Of a DNA stretch of 60,000 nt, positions 39,172-51,361 are shown in pieces. The stretch comes from Mobula hypostoma. Taxonomy: Eukaryota. Position 1 is the stretch's first letter; every line of letters begins with the position of its first letter. The notes below the pieces were generated by a model that saw only the letters and a list, made by a program, of their open reading frames with translations, had not been told where the DNA came from and made no database searches. The DNA lies in contig NC_086097.1 of assembly GCF_963921235.1 (NCBI RefSeq), positions 75,704,001 through 75,764,000 of the forward strand, in the 5' to 3' direction. The position numbers were made by a program, and so were the translations under genes.

Positions 39172-41338
39172 CTGTAGTAGTCTGGCGCACAGACCTCTAC
39201 CTTACTGAGGCCAAACGGCAGCTCTCTGACACCACATCTTACGTACCCCTGGAACAGGTCCCCACCAAAAAACATCAAACCATTGTCTCCCGTACCATCA
39301 CTGCCCTTATCAACTCCGGAGACCTTCCCTCCTCAGCCACTAAACTCATTATTCCCACACCCCATACCGCTCAGTTTTACCTCCTCCCCAAGATCCACAA
39401 GTCTGACTGTCCCGGTAGACCCATAGTTTCTGCCTGCTCCTGTCCCACCGAACTTGTATCTGCCTACCTGGACTCCATTTTGTCACCCATAGTTCAGTCC
39501 CTCCCCACCTACATCCGGGATACAACCCATGCCCTCCACCTCTTCAATAACTTCCAGTTCCCTGGTCTCAACCGCTTCATTTTCACTATGGATGTCCAAT
39601 TCCTATACACCTCCATTCCCCATACACCTCCATTCCCCATCACGTAGGCCTCAAAGCCCTCCGCTACTCTCTGGATAATAGACCTCACCAGTTCCCCACC
39701 ACCACTACCCTCCGGTTGGCGGAACTAGTTCCCACACTCAATAACTTCTCTTTTGGCTCTTCCCACTTGCTTCAGACTAAGGGTGTAGCTATTGGAACTC
39801 ACATGGGCCCTAGCTATGCCTGCCTCTTCGTTGGTTATGTGGAACAGTTTGTGCTCCAAACCTATTCTGGTACTGCTCCCCAACTTTTCCTTCAGTACAT
39901 TAAGAAATACATTGGTGCTGCTTCCTGCACCCATGCTGAGCTCGTCAATTTCATCGACTTTACTTCTACATTCCACCCAGCCCTCAAATTCACTTGGTCT
40001 ATCTCGGACACTTCTCTCCCCTTTCTCGATCTCTTGGTCTCCATCTCTGGAGACAGACTGTCCACTGTCATCTTCTACAAGCCCACTGACTCTCATAACC
40101 ACCTCAGCTATACCTCTTCCCACCCCGCCACATGCAAAAATGCCATTCACTGTTCCCAGTTCCTCCATCTCTGCCGCATCTGCTCCGAGGATGAGGTTTT
40201 CCATTCCAGGACATCTCAAGTGTCCTCTTTCTTTAAAGATGGTGGTTTCCCTTCTGCTGTCATCATTGATGCCCTCACCCGCATCTCCTCCATTTCCCGC
40301 ACTTCGGCTCTCACCCCATCCTCCCGCCACCACAACAGGGACGGAGTTCCCCTTGTCCTCACCTATCACCCCACCAGCCTCTGGATCCAGCACATTATGC
40401 TCCACAACTTCCGCCACCTTCAACAGGACCCCACCACTAAGCACATCTTTCCCTCTCCACCCCTCTCCGCTTTCCGCAGGGATCGGTCCCTCCATGACTC
40501 CCTGGTCCACACGTCCCTCCCCATGGATCTCCCACCTGGCACTTATCCCTGTAAGCGCAAGTGCTACACCTGTCCCTACACCTCCTCTCTTGTCACCGCT
40601 CAGGGCCCCAAACAGTCCTTCCAGGTGAGGCAACACTTGTGACTCTGTTGGGGTCATCTATTGCATCCGGTGCTCCCAATGCAGCCTCCTCTACATCGGT
40701 GAAACCCGACGCAGATTGGGGGACCGCTTCGTCGAGCACCTCCGCTCCATCCGCCAAAACAGACAGGATCTCCCAATAGCCACCAACTTCAACTCTGGTT
40801 CCCATTCCCATTCAGATATGTCCATACATGGCCTCCTCTACTGCCATGATGAGGCTAAACTCAGGTTGGAGGAGCAACTCCTCATATACCGTCTAGGTAG
40901 TCTCCAGCCCCTTGGTATCAACATAGAGTTCTCCAACTTCTGGTAATTCCCTGCCCCTCCCTTCCCCTATCCCTATGTCACTCTGCCCCCCTCCCCCAGC
41001 TGCCTATCACCTCCCTCATGGTTCTGCCTCCTTCTACTACTCATTGTGTTTTCCCCTATTCTTTCTTCACCTTTCCTGCCTATCACCTCCCTGCCTCCCC
41101 TCCCCCACAGCTTTATCTTTCCCCTTACTGTTTTTCACCTGGAACCTACCAGCCTTTTCCTTCCCACCCTCCCCCCACCTTCTTTATAGGGCCTCTGCCC
41201 CTTCCCCCTACAGTCCTGGCGAAGGGTTCCAGCCCGAAACGTCGACCGATCTTTACACGGATTCTGCCCGACCTGCTGAGTTCCTCCAACGTGTTGTGAG
41301 TGTTGCTTTGACCCCAGCATCTGCAGATTATTTTGTGT
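39172..41338 (+). mobile_element. Penelope-like element, 5'-truncated (RT, GIY-YIG, pseudo-LTR), inserted in CR1
   Basis: FYLLPKIHK..GRPIVS, GVAIGTHMGPSYACLF, VIYCIRCSQCSLLYIGETRRRLGDRFVEH; 15-bp TSD ataaggaa(t/t)(t/a)aggtg with one mismatch (39157-39171, 41339-41353); variant hammerhead at about 41212-41248 (CTGGCGA). Confidence 0.93.
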
Positions 41339-42964
41339 ATAAGGAATAAGGTGGATGATCTTGTCATACAGCTACAGATTGGCAGGTATGGGCCATCACT
41401 GAGATGTGGCTAAAGGGTGCATGTCTCTGGGAGTTGAACATCCAAGGATACACGGTGTATCGGAAGGATAGGAAGGTAGGCAGAGGGAGTGGCGTGGTTT
41501 TATTGGTAAGAAATGATATTAAATCATTAGAAAGAGGTAACATAGGATTGGAAGGTACAGAATCTTTATGGGTTGAGCTAAGAAATCGCAGGGGTAAAAG
41601 GACAGTTATATGCAGGCCTCCTAATAGCTGCAGTGGTGTGGACTACAAATTACAACAGGAAATAGAAAAGGCTTTTCAGAAGGGCAGTGTTATGATTATT
41701 GTGGAGGATTTTAACATGCGAGTGGATTGGGAAAATCAGGTCGGCACTGGATCTCCAGAGAGAGAATTTGTAGAATGTCTACGAGGTGGCTTTTTAAAAC
41801 AGCTTGTTGTTGAGCACATAGGGGATCGGCTGTACTGGATTGGGTATTATGTAATGAACCAGAGGTGATTATAGAGATTGAGGTGTAGGAACCTTGAGGA
41901 GGCAGTGATCATAACATGATTGAGTTCACTGTGAAATTTGAGAAAGAGAAGCCGAAATCCAATATGTCGGTATTTCAGTGGAGTAAAGGAAATTACAGTG
42001 GCATGAGAGAGGAACTGGCCAAAGTTGACTGGAAAGGGACACTGGCGGGAAGGACGGCAGAGCAGCAGTGGCTGGAATTTATGCGAGACATGAGAAAGGT
42101 GCAAGACAGGTATATTCCAAAAAAAGAGGATATTTTTGAATGGAAAAAGGATGCAACCGTGGCTGACAAGAGAAGTCAAAGCCAAAGTTAAAGCAAAAGA
42201 GAGGGCATACAAGGAAGCAAAAATTAGCAGGAAGACAGGATTGGGAAGTTTTTAAAAGCTTGCAAAAGGAAATTAAGAAGGTCATTAAGAGGGAAAAGAT
42301 GAACTCTGAAAGGAAGCTAGCAAATAATATCAAAGAGGATACTAAAAGCTTTTTCAAGTATATAAAGAGTAAAAGACAGGTGAGAGTAGATATAGGACCG
42401 ATAGAAAATGATGCTGGAGAAATTGTAATGGAAGATAAGAAGATTGCGGAAGAACTGAATGAGTATTTTGCATCAGTCGTCACTGAGGAAGACATCAGCA
42501 GTATACTGGACACTCAAGGGTGGCAGGGAGAAGTGTGCGCAGTCACAATTACGACAGAGAAAGTACTCAGGAAGCTGAATAGTTTAAAGGTAGATAAATC
42601 TCCCAGACCAGATGGAATGCACCCTCGAGTTCTGAAGGAGGTAGCTGTGGAGATTGCAGAGGCATTACCAATGATCTTACAAAAGTCAATAGATTCTGGC
42701 ATGGTTCCGGAGGACTGGAAGATTGCAAATGTCACTCCGCTATTTAAGAAGGGGGCAAGGAAGCAAAAAGGAAATTTATAGACCTGTTAGCTTGACATGG
42801 GTGGTTGGGAAGTTGTTCGAGTCGATTGTCAAGGATGAGGTTACGGAGTACCTGGAGGCATATGACAAGATAGGCAGAACTCAGCATGGTTTCCTTAAAG
42901 GAAAATTCTGCCTGACAAACCTATTGCAATTTTTTGAGGAAATTACAAGTAAGCTAGACAAGGG

Positions 42965-43258
42965 TTAAGGCATTGGACTAGTGACCCGAAGGTCGTGAGT
43001 TCGAGCCCCAGCCGAAGGAACGTATTGTGTCCTTGAGCAAGGCACTTAATCACACATTGCTCTGCGACGACACTGGTGCCAAGCTGTATGGGTCCTAGTG
43101 CCCTTCCTTTGGACAACATTGGTGTCGTGGAGCGCGGAGACTTGCAGCATGGGCAACTGCTGGTCTTACATACAACCTTGCCCAGGCCTGCGCCCTGGAG
43201 AATGAAGACTTTCCAGGCACAGATCCATGGTCTCGCAAGACTAACAGATGCCTTTACA
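42965..43258 (+). mobile_element. tRNA-derived SINE inserted in the CR1 RT
   Basis: 10-bp TSD tagacaaggg (42955-42964, 43259-43268); B box gagttcgagccc; CORE-like gtgtccttgagcaaggcacttaa. Confidence 0.85.
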
Positions 43259-45315
43259 TAGACAAGGGAGATGCAGTGGATGTTGTGTATTTGGATTTTC
43301 AGAAAGCCTTTGACAAGCTGACACACATGAGGCTGCTTAACAAGATAAGAGTCCATGAAATTACGGGAAAGTTACATACGTGGATAGTGCGTTGGCTGAT
43401 TGGCAGGAAACAGAGAGTGGGAAAAAAATAAAGGGATCCCATTCTGGTTGGCTGCCGGTTACTAGTGGTGTTCCACAGGGGTCCGTGTTGGGGCCGCTTC
43501 TTTTTACTTTGTACATCAACGATTTGGATTATGGAATAGATGGCTTTGTGGCCAAGTTTGCAGATGATACAAAGATAGGTAGAGGGGCCGGTAGTGCTGA
43601 GGAAACAGAGAGTCTGCAGAGAGACTTGGATGGATTGGGAGAATGGGCAAAGAAGTGGCAAATGAAATACAATGTTGGAAAGTGTATGGTTATGCACTTT
43701 GGTAGAAGAAATAAACGGGCAGACTATTATTTAAATGGGGAGAGAATTCAAAGTTCTGAGATGCAACGGGACTTGGGAGTCCTTGTGCAGGATACCCTTA
43801 AGGTTAACCTCCAGGTTGAGTTGGTGGTGAAGAAGGCGAATGTAATGTTGGCATTCATTTCTAGAGGAATAGAGTATAGGAGCAGGGATGTGTTGTTGAG
43901 GCTCTATAAGGTACTGGTAAGACCTCATTTGGAGTACCGTGTGCAGTTTTGGGATCCTTATTTAAGAAAGGATGTGCTAACGTTGGAGAGGATACAGAGA
44001 AGATTCACTAGAATGATCCTGGGAATGAGAGGGTTAACATATGATGAATGTTTGACCACTCTTGGACTGTATTTCTTGGAGTTTAGAAGAATGAGGGGAG
44101 ACTTTATAGAAACATTTCGAATGTTGAAAGGCATGGACAGAGTGGATGTGGCAAAGTTGTTTCCCATGGCGGGGGAGTCTAGTACGAGAGGGCATGAGGA
44201 TTGAAGGGCGCCCATTCAGAACAGAGATGTGAAGAAATTTCTGTAGCCAGAGGGTGGTGAATCTGTGGAGTTTGTTGCCACGGGCAGCAGTGGAGGTCAA
44301 ATCATTGGGTGTATTTAAGGCAGAGATTGATAAGTATCTGAGTAGCCAGGGCATCAAAGGTTATGGTGAGAAGGCGGGGGAGTGGGACTAAATGGGAGAG
44401 TGGATCAGCTCATGATAAAATGGTGGAGCAGACTCAATGGACTGAATGGCCGACTTCTGCTCCTTTGTCTTATGGTCTTATTTCATGTTAAAGCATTAAT
44501 TGAACAGCTTATTGGTGTGAGCATCCGACAGAAACAAAAACCTGAATATCTTTTGTTTATGCTCAAGGACCTCAACTTTGAGTTAGAAATTAACAGAATT
44601 TATCAACATTTGGAAGATTCAAAGTAAATCTTAAGAATATTATGTGGGTCAGAGCAGTAAATTGCAGAAGAACATTCACTCTGCAAATGAGCAAAATTTT
44701 GGCAGATGGCATCAACGCAACTAGGCTTGAATTTGTCCCATAATCTTAATCACTCTGTAATTCTAGTTCATGTTTTTCAATTTAGGTTGTATACTCTTAG
44801 TTAAAAATTCTTTTTACAATGAGTATATGATGCTCCAGGTATTTACTGCAACATTTAGAAGAACTTAAAGACAGACTCCATTGTATAAAAATGCTTAGTA
44901 AAGCCATAAAGTCATGAAATGCGCAATGCAAATTTCAAATACAGGTTGAGTACCCCTTATCTGATATGCTTGGAGCTGGAAGTATTTCAGATTTTGGAAT
45001 ATATAATATCTTGGGATCATCGTCATTTCCAACTCTGTATTATGTACTACCAGTAAGCAGTCTTTGTCTTACAGTTGTTCATCATTCATATGTACTTAAC
45101 AGTTTAGCTTATTATATACCGTTAATATAATGAAAACGTAATGTGTGCAGTGTTACAAAAGCAGCATGGCAGCATGGGGAGAATACCTAAGTCAGCTGTT
45201 GAACGAACAACAAACAAAAGCAGGCTTTCCGTCTCCTCCTAAGATGTCATGTTTTGATTGGAAGGTTACAGTACACTGTTTTTGTATTTTACTTTTTTTT
45301 AGGTTTTATGTAAGG

Positions 45316-47645
45316 TAGTGGTGGCCAACCGTCGATCGCGATCGACAGGTCAATCTTTGAGACTTCCTCAGTCGATCCCAAAAAAAATCAAAAATAAGTT
45401 GACAAATACTGTTGTAATGTGAGCATTATAAGAGTAAGTAATACTAATTAGGATTATGGTAATATAGCAATACTTTCGCTATGAAAAGTTGTTTGTAAAG
45501 AGAGATTGTTTCCGGGTTGCGGGGTTTTAGTTCTGTTCTTTCTGCCCATTGCGCATGTGTGTGTAGCTCCCCTGCCATGCACCGTGTTTTCAGCGTAGCC
45601 TGTGCTGCATCAAAGTGACCAATCAGATTAGATGAGAGTACAGACTGTCACAAACATCAATATACGGCAGTGGTCCCCAGCCTCCGGGCCGTGAGGAATG
45701 CAGTGGTACAGCGGTAGTCAGAACGCACCCAGCATATCTTTAAGAAAAAAAGCCAAAATAAGCAAGCTAATTAATTAGGTGCCACCTGGCATGTAAATGT
45801 CGGCCCAGATCAGAGGCGACGCAATCGGCAATCGTTCGCGATATCCTGATAGCATGGCGGAGGCTCCATGAAAGGTGGCAAAAACATACATATTCCATCC
45901 ACAGTGGAAAGAGGAATTTCTGTTTACCTTGGTGAAAGACAAGTGTGTATGTATGTTGTGCCACCAAACACAAGCACTGACTAAAAGAGGGAATCTGGAG
46001 CGGCACCACAATACCAACCACCAGAAATTTAAAGACACCTACCCCCCAAAGAGCACAATCCGTGCCAGGAAAGTTGAGGAGCTCAAATCGGGGTTAAAGG
46101 CCCAGCAGTTGTTTTTCACAAAACATGCTGCTCAAAATAAGGCTGCTATTGAAGCATCATTTCGTGTAGGTCATCTTTACGCTAAACACAAGAAGCCTTT
46201 TACAGATGACGATTTATTCAAAGAAGCAATGGTCATTACTGCAGAGACTGTTTTTAATGACTTTAAAAACAAAAACAGCATCACAACCGCAATACATAAT
46301 ATACCGCTTGGCCCTGCAACAGTGACAAGGAGGGTAGAGTCACTGTCAAGAGGATGTGGATATTTTTCACTACAGTTCGATGACTCCCTGGATGTAATGC
46401 AAACAGCTCAGCTTGTTGTATTTGTCAGAATGGTTTTCCAGGATTTTACAACAAAGGAGGACTTCCTCAGTCTTTTGCAATTAAAGGAGAGAACGCGAGC
46501 TGGGGATATTGACAATGAGTTAAAAAAAATATGTCCGTGAAAATGACATCCCCATTCATAAACTGGTGGCAATTACTACTGATGGGGCCCTAGCAATGCA
46601 CGGTGTGCGCGTTGGTTTTATAGCACTAAAAGTCAGTGCCTACTTCGGGTCAACATATCTATGTGAAATTGCATTTTCACAGATGAAAATTATTAAATCT
46701 AAGTACAGGAGCTGACTTACTGACAGACACCTCACTAGGGTTGCTAACTTTCTCACTCCCAAATAAGGGACAAAAGTAGCAGTCAAATCCCAGGACACTT
46801 GTGTTTACCCCGAGAAAGACTAACATGACCATGAAGCCTTGCGTGGGCACTTGTGTGCGCATGTGCGTACGTGCTGATTTTTTTCCACGGATCAATTTTG
46901 GTTTAATCTTCATTATTTTTACTTTATATAGGCTGTGTATTTATCATATCATTCCTGCTTTTACTATATGTTAGTGTTATTTTAGGTTTTATGTGTTCTT
47001 TTGTATAATTTGGTAGTTTTGGGTCTGGGAAGGCTCAGAAATTTTTCCCATATAAATTAATGGTAATTACTTACTTGCTTCACGCCATTTCGGCACGAAA
47101 TGTTTCATAGGAACGCTCTACCTTAGCGGGGGAAGTACGGGACAAAGGCTGCCCTGTATGGGACAAACCAATTTAGCCCAATATACGGGATGTCCCGGCA
47201 AATACAGGACAGTTGGCAACCCTACACCTCACAGACTGTCTCAGACTGGCTGTCTGTAGTTATGAGCCAAATTTCAGGGAACTAGCAGAAAGTATTCAGC
47301 CCCAGTCATCACACTGAGTGCAAGTCAATTTTTATTCATTTATTTTTCATGTTGAAATAAAATTAAATAATGAAACTTAGAATTAAAGGTGTGAAGTATT
47401 GTAATATTCTTAAAGACAGCTATGGCCTGTTTGATATGCTAGTTACAGTGTTTTCTTGTTTGAATTAATTTGAAAGTTTGACAAAAGTATTTTGTGTTAT
47501 TCAAATACAGTTAGCCCAAATAAAAGGCCTCAAATTGGAAGTACAATCTGAGCGGTTTTTTCTCTAAATGATTTAGTAGGCAGATCTTGCCTTTCACTAA
47601 GGTCGAGGTAGGGGATCTTGGGCTTAAAGAGGTTGGTGACCACTA
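45316..47645 (+). mobile_element. hAT (Charlie/SPIN-like) transposon with internally deleted, decayed transposase
   Basis: TIR tagtggtggccaacc / ggttggtgaccacta; 8-bp TSD at(g/a)taagg; zinc finger CVCMLC..NLERHHNTNH, FSLQFDDSLD, ITTDGA, then the dimerisation motif FGSTYLCEIAFSQMKIIKSKYRS. Confidence 0.9.
46736..47224. mobile_element. hAT MITE (489 bp)
   Basis: TIR tagggttgctaact / agttggcaacccta; perfect 8-bp TSD cacctcac (46728-46735, 47225-47232); subterminal gggaca repeats. Confidence 0.9.
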
Positions 47646-50600
47646 ATATAAGGTATTAAAACAATCAGCATTGTGGACTTCCGATGGTGCTAGACTTTTA
47701 GCAGCAACAATCTTGGCAAACTCATCAATAAATTTCTCTGTTACTTCATGATCAGGATATGCTTTAAAAATAAAATTTCTGCAACCAGCCTGCTGAGTGT
47801 TAACAACTACCTTCAATTTTTAGTTTGTTAAAGTAGATCTTTGCTTGTTTCATGATTGGCCTACTGTTAAGCGACATATGTTCACTCCACTGATGAATCC
47901 ACTCTTTCAATACACAATTGAGATCTTCATTTCTCACTTTATGCTGTGTTTTTCTATTTTTCATTAACTTTTGTTCATTACGTATGTGAGGTCATTTCTC
48001 AAATCTGTCTGTGGTACGCTGAGATCTGTGCATCGCCTGGAACCTTCCCAGCACTTTGTGGAATTTTCCATTTGAAATGTCATGTCAGTGCTCAAAAAAA
48101 TTTCAGCATTCGAAGGTTTTTGGATTTTGGATTTTCAGATAAGGGTACTCAATCTGTACTGAAAACCACCAGTGTTATTGGGACTCTCTGAAAATCCACA
48201 TGCAGCTTGTCACTCTCGTTCCATTGATGCTATTCTTGACTAATTCATATTTTTAAATGATTACTGAATTCGTGTTGAATTATAGTCAAAACTATACAGT
48301 AATTACCTCGCTTCTCAGTGTTTTTTTTCTCACTGGGAATATACGCTCTTGTTTCCAGGCTTAGTCTGTATATTTAAGGTATGTCAGAAGCTTGAACTTT
48401 TTAAATAGATTGTACAGGTGAAGGAAATGCAGTTCAGGGAAGATATCAATTCAAATAATCATGGATTCAGGGAATGATAAAGAGCACAGGACAAGGTATT
48501 TTGCTCTATTTTACACTGTAAATTTGTTTTTCCTGAAGGTCACTTCCGAGTCTTTCTATTACTTGCGTTCAATCCCTTCCATAGACTACAAATTATTATA
48601 TACGGTTTTTTTTTGACTGGCCAATCATCTTAAATATGTGACCCCTGGCCTTCACTGGTGGTAATTATTTTTATTTGCTCTAACAAAACCATTCATGATT
48701 TTGGATATCTTTTTCAAATCTTCTTTTGACTTTACACCAGAGTGCATAAATTGAGATTGGAAGTGAAAAATATCAAAACTGGTGAAACAAAATTAGAGAC
48801 AGATTAAAAGGGCAGTGCTTACAGTGTAGGTGGATGAACAATGATCAGCACTGAAATGTGTGAAGAGTTTAAGTGGAAGAGTGGAAAAAAAATATAGCTT
48901 AAATGATGCTCACATTTGGAACAGAAGGAACAGTGAAGAATTTAAGAGAGAATGCTTTTTTTTAAAAAAGAAAGGCCATATTGAAAAGAAACAACTTTTC
49001 TTCTTGTCTAATGTGAGGCTTAATTTCATAATGCTTGAAACGTTCAGCTTCTGTGGAGAGGGGGGGAAATTAACATTGTTAACAGCTATTTTTCAGAACT
49101 GGCCAACTCAGATTTTAAACTGGAAAGGCTTATTGAATCTAAATTTTAAGTCCAGAAGGCTGTATTAGGCTGAGCATATTGATCCTGAAGAAAGCACAAA
49201 TAAAATGTATATGTTAAACTCTGGTAATGGTTTAAGAATTGGGCAACCATTCCTGAAAAATATTCAGTTAAATTACATCTTTCCAGTCAAGATTTGTAAA
49301 TATTGGCATTCACCAAAATTAAGTGTAATAATTGTGCAAATGAGCTTGCGATTCAGAACCACTGTTTTATAAGTTTTCATTGATGAAAGAATAACAGCAA
49401 AAGCTGGTAATACTACTGATCTGTTCTTAATACTGGAGAGCTATAGATAATTTGCCTGACTACATGTTCTTATCTTTCATATGGATATTCAAACACTGTT
49501 CAAAGTAGTGCAATAATCAGAATGAGCACTTCTTTAGTTTGCCACCTTAAATTGTCATGAATTGGAAATAAAATACTCAATGTGTCCTTTCATGGAAGAT
49601 TATGCTTATATTGTAGCATTTATTTTTAATCAGTTTTCATATCAATGATTAGCAACAGACTATAAGTAGCTATGATCAATCAAGTTTCTGTGCGGAGGTG
49701 AGCTGTAATTGTGCTGGTGATACATGTTCAGATTTATGTATGATTAAGTTTTGAAAGGGGAACTACTTGGAATTGCACAAATACATTACAGTCCAAACAT
49801 TCAATACTTGATTGTACTTTTAAAACAAAATCCAACATTTGCAACACTGATTAAGTTTCCTCTTTTCAGTATTGATGCACATAATCAAATATCGCTATGA
49901 TGATTGTATGTTCTAATGTCAATTGTTTGGTGGCAATACAGTATCAAGTATAAAGTAAGTATAAAGTATAATCTCGTTTCACTATTTTAAAGATCTGGCA
50001 ACAGAACCAAGTAACAAAATGTAATGACCTGGGATTGGGGAGTAGCCATCAATTGCACAACAGATGGTTGTGTTGTGTGGAACCAAGAGCTTCTCTAAAT
50101 TACTTCAAAAACTTGGTCATTTTCCTGATTGTATCCTTCTTCTTCATATCTCTATAAGAGAGAACTGGGAAATATTGACCAAAACTTTAATATTTTTTGC
50201 TTGATGAGGGGTAGATAATGTGAAAGTGAATTGATTTTGTAACAACAGTTAATTAACTAATGTTCATAATGCTCAACTTATTTTTAATTTTATTTCTGTT
50301 AATGCTTTTGCTGTCATCTTTGCAACTTGTTTCTGGTTGCACCATTTTTGAAAACCTGCATGGTTTATGTATGTTTTGAGTGACCAACTCATTCATTGTT
50401 GTTTATCTCCCTCTTGATCCCATCCCCTTACAAACAAACTGTTGACTCAGCCAGTCCCTTCATGCCCTTGCGTTTTAGTTAAACTTTGAAATCCCATGTA
50501 CTGGCAATCCATAGTACATTACTGTGCTCTGCATCTGGCCTGCAGTTGGAGCCTTTGATGTGGCCTCAAGTCATTTCCTATGAGAGGCTGGAGTCAGGAA

Positions 50601-50986
50601 GCTCATCTTAAAATCAAATGTAAAGGAAACATACATGAGTTCCAGGTGAAGCATGCTTGGGTTCATGGATATTATCTTTCACCATAAAGTTTGCATTCCT
50701 TTATTTTAACCTAGTTTATAAGGTTTGGTAGGGGTGGCATGTGCTTGAAGTAAATCAACTATTTGGGTTGATCCAAGTGACTTTCTTGATAAGAGAGGGA
50801 AATTGGAAAATAATTAGGAAGTATGAAAAGATGAATGGTGTGAACTGAAATCTAATGCAATGGTTGGCTTGTACACAGCTGTAAAGCCTTTCAAATTTGC
50901 CACTCAGGCAGCAAGCTTTGCAAACAACACACACAAAAAGTGCTGGTGAACATAGCAGGCCAGACAGCATATGTAGGAAGAGGTAC

Positions 50987-51022
50987 AGTCGACGTTTCAG
51001 GCTGAGACCCTTCGTCAGGACT
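50987..51022 (-). ncRNA. Minimal type I hammerhead ribozyme motif, intact core
   Basis: Reverse complement agtc-CTGACGA-agggtctcagcct-GAAA-cg-TC-gact. Confidence 0.72.
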
Positions 51023-51361
51023 AACGGAAAGTAGAGATAGTAAGAGATTTGAAAGTGGGAAGGGGAGGGGGAGATCTAAAATGATAGGAGAAGACAGGAG
51101 GGGGAGGGATGGAGCTAAGAGCTAGAAAGTTGATTGGCAAAAGGGATACGAGGCTGGAGAAGGGAGAGGATCATGGAACAGGAGGCCTAGGGAGAAAGAA
51201 AGGGGGAGGAGCCCAGAGGATGGGCGAGGTGTATAGTGAGAGGGACAGAGGGAGAAAAAAGAGAGAGAATTTTAAAAAAAAATAATTAATAAATAAATAA
51301 ATAAATAACGGATGGGGTAGGAAGGGGAGGTAGGGCATTAACGGAAGTTAGATAAGTCAAT

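Larger units (their letters stand above)
38395..44480 (+). mobile_element. Near full-length CR1 LINE (ORF1 esterase, ORF2 APE + RT), interrupted by a PLE and a SINE
   Basis: VIGDSIVRG/PGAR/HVGTND/DGLHLN SGNH motifs; NARSIRN|KVDDL APE start split by the PLE; YRKDR, EDFNM, KSPRPDG, DFQKAFD, GVPQGSVLGP, FADD; tail tcttatggtctta. Confidence 0.95.
44942..48156. mobile_element. TcMar-Tigger non-autonomous element (Tigger4/MER46-like ends), host to hAT insertions
   Basis: TIRs caggttgagtaccccttatctga / tcagataagggtactcaatctg; TA TSD at 44940-44941 and 48157-48158. Confidence 0.85.

Noticed and set aside
39725..40657. 310-aa minus-strand ORF and 278-aa alternate-frame ORF
   Set aside because: Shadow frames of the PLE RT; the same antisense peptides recur at other PLE copies
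42965..43015. tRNA gene
   Set aside because: 5' part is missing, there is no full cloverleaf, and it is the head of a TSD-bounded SINE
45875..46540. Domesticated GTF2IRD2/ZBED-like host gene
   Set aside because: Flanked by TIRs and a TSD, with stop codons, frameshifts, an internal deletion and a MITE insertion, so it is a dead transposase
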